The notes below the pieces were generated by a model. The model saw only the letters and a program-made list of their open reading frames with translations. It searched no databases and was not told where the DNA came from. Positions 7,008-14,153 of a stretch of DNA of 64,000 nucleotides are shown one piece after another. This DNA comes from a virus (taxonomy: Duplodnaviria; Heunggongvirae; Uroviricota; Caudoviricetes). The position numbers were made by a program, and so were the translations under genes. The stretch is taken from positions 1 to 64,000 of the IMG/VR virus record IMGVR_UViG_3300031555_003801; one strand, given 5' to 3'. Within the stretch, counting starts at the first letter, position 1, and each line of letters begins with the position of its first letter.

Positions 7008-7572
7008 GTCCCATTAGCTCAGTAGGCTAGAGCACGTGACTTTTTAGACTCATGTAGATTGACAATTACTCAAAGAGGTGAAAAAATATGTTGAGTAGTC
7101 ATTTTATAGGAGAAATTACAGAACAGCAAGTGGCAGTTGAATTCTTAAAATTAGGTATTTTAGTTTCGAAGCCATTAGTACAAAGTTCGAAGTATGATTT
7201 TATAGCGGATATAAATCATAAACTTTATAAAATTCAAGTAAAAACTGGAACTTATAAAGAAGATGCTTATTTAGAATTTGCTACAAGTACAAGTCATACA
7301 AATACTAAAGGAACATTAAATCTTTCTTATTCAGAAGATGATGTTGATTTCTTTGCTACAATGCATGAAGGACAATGTTATTTAGTTCCTTATCATCTTT
7401 GTGGTAAAAGAATCCAAAGAATAAGATTTGTTCCAACTAAAAATGGACAAACAAAAGGAATTTTGTTTGCGAAAGATTTTCATTTAGAGGATATAGTAAA
7501 AACTTTGTAATTGTCATTCTGAAGGACTAAAAAATCACGGTGTCCGCAGTTCGAGTCTGCGATGGGACACCA
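7008..7572 (+). tRNA. tRNA gene (probably tRNA-Lys TTT) split in the anticodon loop by a ~490-bp ORF-containing insertion (intron-like)
   Basis: 5' exon: acceptor gtcccat (7008-7014), D arm gctc-agtaggcta-gagc, anticodon-stem strand cgtga (7035-7039). 3' exon: tcacg (7535-7539, exact complement), variable gtgtc, T arm cgcag-ttcgagt-ctgcg, acceptor atgggac (exact complement) + a + CCA (7562-7572). The insertion's ends pair into an extended rod (tttttag/ctaaaaa and tgacaattac/gtaattgtca). Confidence 0.55.
7088..7510 (+). CDS. ORF inside the tRNA insertion: PD-(D/E)XK-like nuclease candidate (possible homing endonuclease)
   Basis: 140 aa. Motif YDFIADINHKLYKIQVKT resembles D...(E/Q)xK. RBS AAAGAGGTG upstream. 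A PD-(D/E)XK homing endonuclease in a tRNA-fMet group I intron (I-Ssp6803I) is a precedent. Confidence 0.45.
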   Translation: MLSSHFIGEITEQQVAVEFLKLGILVSKPLVQSSKYDFIADINHKLYKIQVKTGTYKEDAYLEFATSTSHTNTKGTLNLSYSEDDVDFFATMHEGQCYLVPYHLCGKRIQRIRFVPTKNGQTKGILFAKDFHLEDIVKTL

Positions 7573-7711
7573 TTTATTAGTCCACTATGTGGATCAACAG
7601 CGTTAACATGGATTTGTAAGTTAAACTACCACCGACGGAATTCTATGAATGAAGGTATGTGGCTTAGTGGCAAACGCTATATAAGAAGGCAAAGTAAACT
7701 TACTATAATAT

Positions 7712-7788
7712 GTCCCTGTAATCCAACAGGTAGAGATAGTGGACTTAAAATCCATCCAGTGTGAGTTCGAATCTCACCAGGGACACCA
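7712..7788 (+). tRNA. tRNA with anticodon TAA (Leu-type anticodon) but class I architecture (5-nt variable loop)
   Basis: Acceptor gtccctg/cagggac is perfect. Anticodon arm gtgga-ctTAAaa-tccat. T arm gtgag-ttcgaat-ctcac. Discriminator A. CCA present. Confidence 0.5.
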
Positions 7789-7793
7789 AATAT

Positions 7794-7870
7794 GTCCCAT
7801 TAGCCCAATTGGCAGAGGCGTCTGACTTAGGATCAGATCAGTGCAGGTTCGAATCCTGTGTGGGGCACCA
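7794..7870 (+). tRNA. tRNA with anticodon TAG (Leu CUN-type anticodon) but class I architecture
   Basis: Acceptor gtcccat/gtggggc (2 G-U). Anticodon arm tctga-ctTAGga-tcaga is perfect. T arm gcagg-ttcgaat-cctgt. CCA present. Confidence 0.55.
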
Positions 7871-7876
7871 TTTAAA

Positions 7877-7971
7877 AAGACGCTAGAATACAGCAATTAT
7901 TTTAGGTTAATAGAATTTTGTTGAAGAAGATTTTTAGATGGTTCGAATCCATCACAAGAACCTAGCGTCTT
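7877..7971 (+). repeat. Hairpin-flanked element 'g': AAGACGCTAG / CTAGCGTCTT (10 bp) with ACAGCAA; encloses an orphan tRNA 3' half (T arm gatgg-ttcgaat-ccatc + acaagaa)
   Basis: The inverted repeat, the motif and the T-arm-like segment are all visible in the sequence. No matching 5' half was found. Confidence 0.45.
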
Positions 7972-8098
7972 GTTTTGATTTATTCTGTTACTTAAATTGA
8001 GCGGATGTAGCCGAATTGGTATAGATACATGATTCTAGAGATTTGAATTATTTTACCTATAAATAATAATATTATTAGTTTAAAAGAATATAAATAAA

Positions 8099-8947
8099 AT
8101 GGAATTAATTGATTTTACAAAAGAGATAAATAATGCTTAGTTATTTGTAGGTTCTGGTAAAAAGAAAAAATTATTAATTAATTATAACAATGAATAGTAT
8201 ATAATTAAATTTGCTAAAAATATATGTACAAATAATCAAGGTATTATTACAAATTAGAGAGGCTTTTCAGAATATTTAGCTTGTCAAATTTATCAAAATG
8301 CAGAATTTTTTGTTTAGGAAACTTTATTAGGTTATTATAAAAATAAAAATAATATTTTAACTGCTTGTAAACTTGCAAATAATAAAATTACAGATTTTAG
8401 TTTTTTTATGGAAAAATATGATTATAAAGTAAGTAATAAATTAAATGATATTTTATTAGTTTGTAAATATATTAATATAGAAGAATACTTTTGGGATATG
8501 TTTATTATAGATGCTTTTATTGGTAATACAGATCGTAATACTGGTAATTGGGGATTATTTTATAATGAAAAATTAGATAAAATATTAAGCGTTCCTTTTA
8601 TTTTTGACTGTGAAAATAGTTTTTATCCCAATATGAATGATTATATTTTATAGAATTATTGTCAAAAAGAATTAAAAGAAATAGCTTATAATTATCCAGA
8701 ATCAAAAATAATTTATAATAATAAAAATATAAATTATTTTAATTTTATTTCTTCTTTAGAGAATGAAGATTGTAATGAAGCTTTAAAAAGAATTGTTCCT
8801 AAAATTGATATAGAAAAAATTATTTAGATTATAAATGATCTTCCACTTGAAAAAATATAGAAAAATTTTTTAATAACAATTCTTCAAAAAAGAAAAGAAT
8901 TATTAAATCTTGTTTTAATAAAACTTAATGAAAGAGAAAACCAATGA
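8099..8947 (+). CDS. HipA-like (HipA/CtkA kinase family, divergent catalytic motif) protein with 7 in-frame TAG codons
   Basis: VGSGKKKKL (P-loop-like) and FIIDAFIGNTDRNTGNWG (HipA C-terminal motif region, with D-R-N in place of D-x-H). Same frame as ORF-track fragment 8408..8653. Overlaps the E1 start (ATGA). Confidence 0.5.
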
Positions 8948-9675
8948 TTAGATATAAAGAAAATATTGATGAATTTAATTTAACAGAAAAAATTCAAAAT
9001 CAATTATTAACAAAAAATATTGCAGTAATTGGTTGTGGCGGACAAGGTGGATATACTTTAGAATTTCTTATTCGATTAGGAATTAAATCTATTATTTTTT
9101 GGGATGGAGATTATTTTGAAGAATCTAATCTTAATAGACAAATAGGCTGTTTAATTCCAACGTTACAAAAAAACAAAGCTTTATCTATGAAAGAAAGGCT
9201 TCAACAAATTAATCCAGAAGTAGAATTAATTTGTTGTGATTGGTATTTTGGAGATAAAGAAGATGATAAAGAGAAACTATCTAAAGTAGATTTTATTTTT
9301 GATGCTGCAGATTGTAATTATAATATTTTTAAATTAAGAACAATTTTAAGAGAAGTCATTATTGAATATAATATTCCTATTATTCGTTTCCCTATAAATA
9401 TATTAGGAGGTTATGTTCATATTGAAACTATGAAAGATTTAAGCCATTTTGATTTTATTACGCATAGATTAATTTATCAAAATAAAAATGAAAAAATTTT
9501 TCCAGAAGCAGTAAGTCAACCCGCTTATAAATGTGCAATTATTGCGGGCGAAGCTGTAAATCAAATGGTTCAATATTTTTCTAATTGTAGATATGCGGCT
9601 ATTGATACAACTTTAAATATTGATCTTTATCATCATAAATATGTTGAAGAAGATAGATTTGGAATTATTCCATAA
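8944..9675 (+). CDS. ThiF/MoeB/E1-like adenylyltransferase
   Basis: Rossmann motif IAVIGCGGQGGY. Signature FEESNLNRQ. 243 aa. Confidence 0.75.
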   Translation: MIRYKENIDEFNLTEKIQNQLLTKNIAVIGCGGQGGYTLEFLIRLGIKSIIFWDGDYFEESNLNRQIGCLIPTLQKNKALSMKERLQQINPEVELICCDWYFGDKEDDKEKLSKVDFIFDAADCNYNIFKLRTILREVIIEYNIPIIRFPINILGGYVHIETMKDLSHFDFITHRLIYQNKNEKIFPEAVSQPAYKCAIIAGEAVNQMVQYFSNCRYAAIDTTLNIDLYHHKYVEEDRFGIIP

Positions 9676-9678
9676 TTT

Positions 9679-9759
9679 GGGGACATAGCTCAGTTGGTGA
9701 GAGCGCAGAGCTTATACCTCTGGAATCTGTCGAAGGTTCAAGTCCTTCTGTCCCTACCA
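9679..9759 (+). tRNA. tRNA-Ile (anticodon TAT), 9-nt variable loop
   Basis: Acceptor ggggaca/tgtccct. D arm gctc-agttggtga-gagc. Anticodon arm cagag-ctTATac-ctctg. T arm gaagg-ttcaagt-ccttc. CCA present. Confidence 0.55.
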
Positions 9760-9766
9760 TTTTTAT

Positions 9767-9839
9767 TAGACACAAACAGCAAAATATTTTATGTCAAGCA
9801 AGGAACTTTTAATTCTTATAATAGCTAATAAAGTGTCTA
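9767..9839 (+). repeat. Hairpin-flanked element 'e': TAGACAC / GTGTCTA with ACAGCAAA (9776-9783)
   Basis: Inverted repeat enclosing ~57 nt with no tRNA. Lies between tRNA-Ile(TAT) and tRNA-Ile(GAT). Confidence 0.5.
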
Positions 9840-9846
9840 GAAAATA

Positions 9847-9923
9847 TTGAGAAGTAGCTCAGATGGTTAGAGCGCAGGTCTGATAAACCTGAGGTCGTGA
9901 GTTCAATTCTCACCTTCTCAACC
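9847..9923 (+). tRNA. tRNA-Ile (anticodon GAT), second copy
   Basis: Acceptor tgagaag/cttctca is perfect. D arm gctc-agatggtta-gagc. Anticodon arm caggt-ctGATaa-acctg. T arm gtgag-ttcaatt-ctcac. CCA present. Confidence 0.75.
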
Positions 9924-9932
9924 ATATTAATA

Positions 9933-10009
9933 TCTGGGTATAGCTCAGTTTGGCAGAGCGCCTGATTTGGGTTCAGGAGGCCGCAAGTTCGAATCTTGCT
10001 ACTCAGACC
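9933..10009 (+). tRNA. tRNA-Pro (anticodon TGG), canonical copy
   Basis: Acceptor ctgggta/tactcag. D arm gctc-agtttggca-gagc. Anticodon arm cctga-ttTGGgt-tcagg. T arm gcaag-ttcgaat-cttgc. CCA present. Confidence 0.75.
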
Positions 10010-10325
10010 AGTCCACCGTTTATGTTTTCCTTTCCTACTTTTGGAACATAAGAATAAGGTGGAGAAAGTAGGGCCGCTTAACCGGTTTATATTTATTAGT
10101 AGGCTGCAGAGCCATGTGTATATAGTATTTTTAAATCTCGCAAAAGTCTCACGATATGTTAAGATATCGCGCTGCTGTAATATGTGAATAATGTGAGTAC
10201 GCAATTTTATAAATGAGTATCGGCCTTGGTGTGGATGTTGATGGAGAGGCGACACGGAGCTCTACTTCGTATCTTTGGTGTCAGAGGTTAATTGTCTAAA
10301 ATCGAGAAAATTTATAAAATTATGT

Positions 10326-10420
10326 GGAGGCGTACCGAAGTGGCTATAACGGCGCAGACTTGAAATCTGTTGTGTCAGCTAGTACCTGACGCGGGGGTTC
10401 AAATCCTCCCGCCTCCGCCA
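10326..10420 (+). tRNA. tRNA-Ser (anticodon TGA), class II
   Basis: Acceptor ggaggcg/cgcctcc is perfect. Anticodon arm gcaga-ctTGAaa-tctgt. Long variable arm. T arm ggggg-ttcaaat-cctcc. CCA present. Confidence 0.75.
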
Positions 10421-10463
10421 ATAACAATGAAGAGTTAAAGGCCTGTAAGGACTTTAACTATTA

Positions 10464-10813
10464 CGGGGCTGAAAATGGTTTCGACAGGGTTGTGAAAAAT
10501 TTTAAATCCGCAGGTGTGATTTACCTTACAAATCAAACTTAAATATAAACGCAAAACCTTATAGATTAGCTGCCTAATTAATTGGTAGGCCTAAACGACA
10601 TGCTTGTTGTTCAGCTAAATGTCTGCGGCTCGAGGAATAGAACAATCACCCCAAAGTTTCTTAATTCTTTTTCAAAAATTAAGTGGTGGATACGATGTTT
10701 GTAAAGTGTCTTTACAAAACCCTGAGTTGGTTATCTCTAAAATAACCTATTGCGTAAGTATGATTTAAAATTAGTAACAGTTTTGGACGCGAGTTCGACT
10801 CTCGCCAGCTCCA
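10464..10813 (+). ncRNA. ssrA: tmRNA (ssrA-like transfer-messenger RNA)
   Basis: 5' end GGGGCTGAAAATGGTTTCGACAGGG (tmRNA tRNA-like domain). 3' end ggacgcgag-ttcgact-ctcgc-cagctcc-a (T arm + acceptor pairing with GGGGCTG). Internal tag-like reading frame GCA AAA CCT TAT AGA TTA GCT GCC TAA (…AKPYRLAA*) ending in the typical LAA + TAA. Confidence 0.65.
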
Positions 10814-10866
10814 GGCATCAAGAGATAAACCTTCACGTGGTGATGCTGATTTCGACAGATTATCTC
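10812..10866 (+). repeat. Copy 2 of the ~55-nt structured element (immediately 3' of the tmRNA)
   Basis: catcaagagataaaccttcacgtggtgatGctgatttcgacagattatctcaaaaa. One substitution relative to copy 1. Confidence 0.5.
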
Positions 10867-10898
10867 AAAAATTGTTCTCATTTTCTTTATTTCTATTA

Positions 10899-11052
10899 AG
10901 ACTCAATACAGCAAAATTATAAAACTTGTTTAGGCAATATATAAACTCTACAGAAAATGTGCTGGTGACACGCTTTCACTGTTGTTATTATTTGATAGTA
11001 AGAAAAACAGGGATAATAACGCTAATAAAAACTGTTAAATTCTTTTGAGTCT
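10899..11052 (+). repeat. Hairpin-flanked element 'f': AGACTCAA / TTGAGTCT enclosing ~140 nt, with ACAGCAAA at 10908-10915
   Basis: 8-bp inverted repeat. The insert has no ORF. The suppressor tRNA follows directly. Confidence 0.45.
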
Positions 11053-11061
11053 AGTATTAAA

Positions 11062-11151
11062 GCTCCGTAGTCTAATGGTAAAACGCCGGACTCTAAATCC
11101 GTTATACTCTCTGAAAGGGTAATCTGGGTTCGAATCCCAGCGGGGCCGCCA
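11062..11151 (+). tRNA. Amber suppressor tRNA (anticodon CTA, reads UAG), class II with long variable arm
   Basis: Anticodon arm (c)cgga-ctCTAaa-tccg(t) with U33 and A37. Variable stem tactct/agggta. T arm ctggg-ttcgaat-cccag. Acceptor agctccg/cggggcc (1 A-C at 1-72) + g + CCA. The D arm is irregular. Confidence 0.6.
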
Positions 11152-11160
11152 ATTTTTAAT

Positions 11161-11193
11161 AGCCAGTTTATATTTTTATAAACTGGCTTTTTG
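11161..11193 (+). terminator. Rho-independent terminator closing the tRNA array
   Basis: agccagtttata-ttttt-ataaactggct followed by tttt. Confidence 0.7.
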
Positions 11194-11201
11194 TTATTTA
11201 T

Positions 11202-11230
11202 TTGAAAAAAATTAAAAAATATGATATAAT
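11202..11230 (+). promoter_or_regulatory. sigma70-like promoter TTGAAA-N17-TATAAT
   Basis: ttgaaa 11202-11207, tataat 11225-11230 (tgaTATAAT). Confidence 0.6.
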
Positions 11231-11264
11231 AAACTATGATAAAAAATAAAAAAGGATAAAATAT

Positions 11265-12230
11265 ATGGAATTAATTGACTTTACGAAAGCAATAAATAAT
11301 GCTTAGTTATTTAAACCTACTGGTAACAATAAAAAAAAATTAAAAATTATTTATAATAATGAAGAATATATAATAAAAACTTCAAAATATACAATTGAAC
11401 AAGATAAAGAAAATAAATATAAAATGATTGAATTGTATAATACAATATCGGAATATTTAGGTTGTAAAATTTATGATAGTTTAAATATACCTGCACAAAA
11501 AACTTTATTAGGATATTATTAGTATAAAAATAAAAAACAAATGATAATTGCTTGTAAAAATTTTAATATTGATGATAGTTTTCTTCCTTTTGGTATATTC
11601 TTTAATAAAGAACGACAACAAGATAATAATAAATTGCAATCTTTAGAAATAAAAAATATTATAAAAAAAATTGAAGAACAAAATATTTATGATTCTCAAA
11701 AAATAAAAAAACGTTTTTGGGATATGTTTATTATTGATGCTTTTATTGATAATCCCGATAGAACTTCTGGAAACTGGGGTTTTATAAAAGATAAAAAAAC
11801 AAATACAATCATAAATTTTTGTCCAATTTTTGATTGTGAATAGAACATATTTTTAGAAATACTATTAAAAAATAAAAAACAATTATTAAATAATTAGAAT
11901 AAAATAAATTTTTTAGCTATATCGCCTTTTAAAAAATCTTATTTAATTTATGATAATAAAGTTATAAATTATTTTAATTTTATTTCCTCTTTAGAAAATG
12001 AAGATTGTAATGAAGCTTTAAAAAGAATTGTTCCTAAAATTGATATGGAAAAAATTATTTAGATTATAAATGATCTTCCACTTGAAGAATTCCAAAAAAA
12101 TAATTTAATAATAGTATTAAAAAAAAGAAAAGAATTATTATTAGATTTTCCTTTATTTCTCTTACAAAATATAGATAAAAGAGAAAAATACGAAAAAAAA
12201 ATAGAAAGGATAATATATGATAAATTATAA
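11265..12230 (+). CDS. HipA-like paralog with 5 in-frame TAG codons
   Basis: MELIDFTKAINNA*... FIIDAFIDNPDRTSGNWG. Same frame as ORF-track fragment 11541..11843. Its C-terminal ~125 bp is a near-exact direct repeat of the 3' end of 8099..8947. Stop TAA at 12228-12230 overlaps the ycaO start. Confidence 0.5.
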
Positions 12231-14007
12231 AAATCATTATAAAGAACGAAAACCAGAGGAAACAATAAAAATTATAGAAAACTTTTTTTTAAATCTCAAT
12301 ATGAAAATTAAAAGAAATGAAGTTATGATTAGTGAAATAAATACTTATTCAATACAAATAATATTATTTGATAAAAATGATTTTTTAATTTTATACGCTA
12401 ATGGTAAAGGTGAAACAGAAGAATTTGCAATTGCCTCTGCTTATGGCGAATTATATGAACGTTTCTGTAATATGAGATTTATTATGAAAGATGGTATTGC
12501 TCAAAATTTATTTTTACAAAAAAGAAAACAAAAATATAATTATTATTATCATCCAGAAGAAAAAGAATTTTCTTTAATAGAATTAATTAATGCCGATCAA
12601 AATTTTCATAATTTTTTCTTAGGAGATTTTTCTGAAAAAGATTCTGATATTATTAATTTTTATAATACACTTTTTAATAATAAATTTATTGCTGCGCCTT
12701 ATCAAGATTTATTAGATTCAAATAAACAATATTTTTATAACCCATATTTAATGACAGTGTTAAGAGGATCTGGCGGAATGGCTGCTGGAAATACATTAGA
12801 AGAAGCTTTAAATCAAGGCATTTCAGAACTTTACGAACATTATATTACAGATAAATTTCGTTATTTAAAAAAAGATTTTGATTTTCATTTTATAGATATT
12901 TCAACTATTAAAAACCAAAAATTAAAAGAAAAGATAAAATTATTAACAGATAATGAAAACTATGAATATTATTTAATTGATTTTTCTTATAATTTTAATG
13001 TACCTGTTTTATTATCTATTTTAATTGATAAAACTTTACAAAGATTTTTTATTAATTTTGGTTCTTTTCCTATTTTTGATATTGCTTTAGAAAGAACATT
13101 AACAGAATTATATCAAGGAGTTGTTTCTTTTAAAGAAGAAGAACAATCAAATAATATTATTGTTCCTTATAAAAGTGGAGTAACTATTATAGAAGCTTTA
13201 GACGCTACAGCAAATGTCACTAATTCTCTTTGTTTAAATGAAAGTTTTTTATTAAGTGAAAAAAAATTTTATTCCCCTAATTCAAAAATATTTTTATTTA
13301 ATCAGGATAAAAATTATTCAAATGAAGATATATTAAATTATTATAAAAAATTATCTTCTTATTTAAATATTAATTTTTGTTATTTAGATGTATCTCAATC
13401 TTCTGAAATGCATGCTATACAAATTTATAGTATAAATTTACCTCATTTCTCGTTACCTTTGGAAGCAAAAAAAATGCTTTACAAAAAACAACAATTAAAT
13501 GTTTATAAATTATTATCATATTTTATTCAGTTAGAAAATAAATGGCTAAATAATCATATATGGGATAATTTATTATGGGAAAAAATAATAATTTTATATA
13601 ATCAATTTACTATTGAAGATATTTTATTGTTTAATATTAGTGCCTCTATATTTTGTTTTAATTTTAGTAAAACTAATAATCTTTTATCATTAATTGAACA
13701 ATTTATAAAAATGGATTCAAATATTTATATGATTGAAGAACAAATTATTGCTATGTCTAATAAATCAATTCTTTCAGAAGATATTAAAAAATTCTTAACT
13801 CAATATAGGTATATTGTTAATAATGATTATCTTCCAAGTGAAAAAACTAAAATATTAAAAACTTTAATACCAGAATTTTCACAAGATGAAACATTATTTA
13901 AAAATATTATTACTCCAGAATATTTCTTACAAGTAATAATGGAAAAATTATATGAATATTATCATAGTGAAAAATATTCTGATTATCTTGATGCTTTAGT
14001 TGGATAA
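12217..14007 (+). CDS. YcaO-domain protein
   Basis: ANGKGETEEFAIASAYGELYERF matches the YcaO ATP-binding/cyclodehydratase signature. 596 aa. No TAG codons. Confidence 0.7.
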   Translation: MINYKNHYKERKPEETIKIIENFFLNLNMKIKRNEVMISEINTYSIQIILFDKNDFLILYANGKGETEEFAIASAYGELYERFCNMRFIMKDGIAQNLFLQKRKQKYNYYYHPEEKEFSLIELINADQNFHNFFLGDFSEKDSDIINFYNTLFNNKFIAAPYQDLLDSNKQYFYNPYLMTVLRGSGGMAAGNTLEEALNQGISELYEHYITDKFRYLKKDFDFHFIDISTIKNQKLKEKIKLLTDNENYEYYLIDFSYNFNVPVLLSILIDKTLQRFFINFGSFPIFDIALERTLTELYQGVVSFKEEEQSNNIIVPYKSGVTIIEALDATANVTNSLCLNESFLLSEKKFYSPNSKIFLFNQDKNYSNEDILNYYKKLSSYLNINFCYLDVSQSSEMHAIQIYSINLPHFSLPLEAKKMLYKKQQLNVYKLLSYFIQLENKWLNNHIWDNLLWEKIIILYNQFTIEDILLFNISASIFCFNFSKTNNLLSLIEQFIKMDSNIYMIEEQIIAMSNKSILSEDIKKFLTQYRYIVNNDYLPSEKTKILKTLIPEFSQDETLFKNIITPEYFLQVIMEKLYEYYHSEKYSDYLDALVG

Positions 14008-14017
14008 AATAAAATAA

Positions 14018-14047
14018 AAACGAGATTATTAAAAATAATCTCGTTTT
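14018..14047 (+). terminator. Rho-independent terminator
   Basis: aaacgagattatt-aaaaa-taatctcgttt + T-run. Confidence 0.7.
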
Positions 14048-14058
14048 ATATTTTTTAT

Positions 14059-14087
14059 TTGAAAATTTTCAAAAAAAATGTTATAAT
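14059..14087 (+). promoter_or_regulatory. sigma70-like promoter TTGAAA-N17-TATAAT
   Basis: ttgaaa 14059-14064, tataat 14082-14087 (tgtTATAAT). Confidence 0.6.
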
Positions 14088-14153
14088 ATATTATAAAGTT
14101 AAAAAATAATCCTCTTGTCCAAGAGGAAACAATGAGAAAAAGGAGTAAAGAGA

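Noticed and set aside
7008-7572. Calling the tRNA insertion a classical group I intron at the U34/A35 position (tRNA-Leu UAA type)
   Set aside because: The variable loop is short (not Leu), the 3' boundary lacks a terminal G at the positions required, and the insert is too small for an independent group I core. It is described instead as an intron-like insertion of unresolved type.
7573-7711. Possible additional tRNA between the split tRNA and the UAA-anticodon tRNA
   Set aside because: No T-loop or acceptor pairing was found. It contains another ACAGCG motif but no clear inverted repeat.
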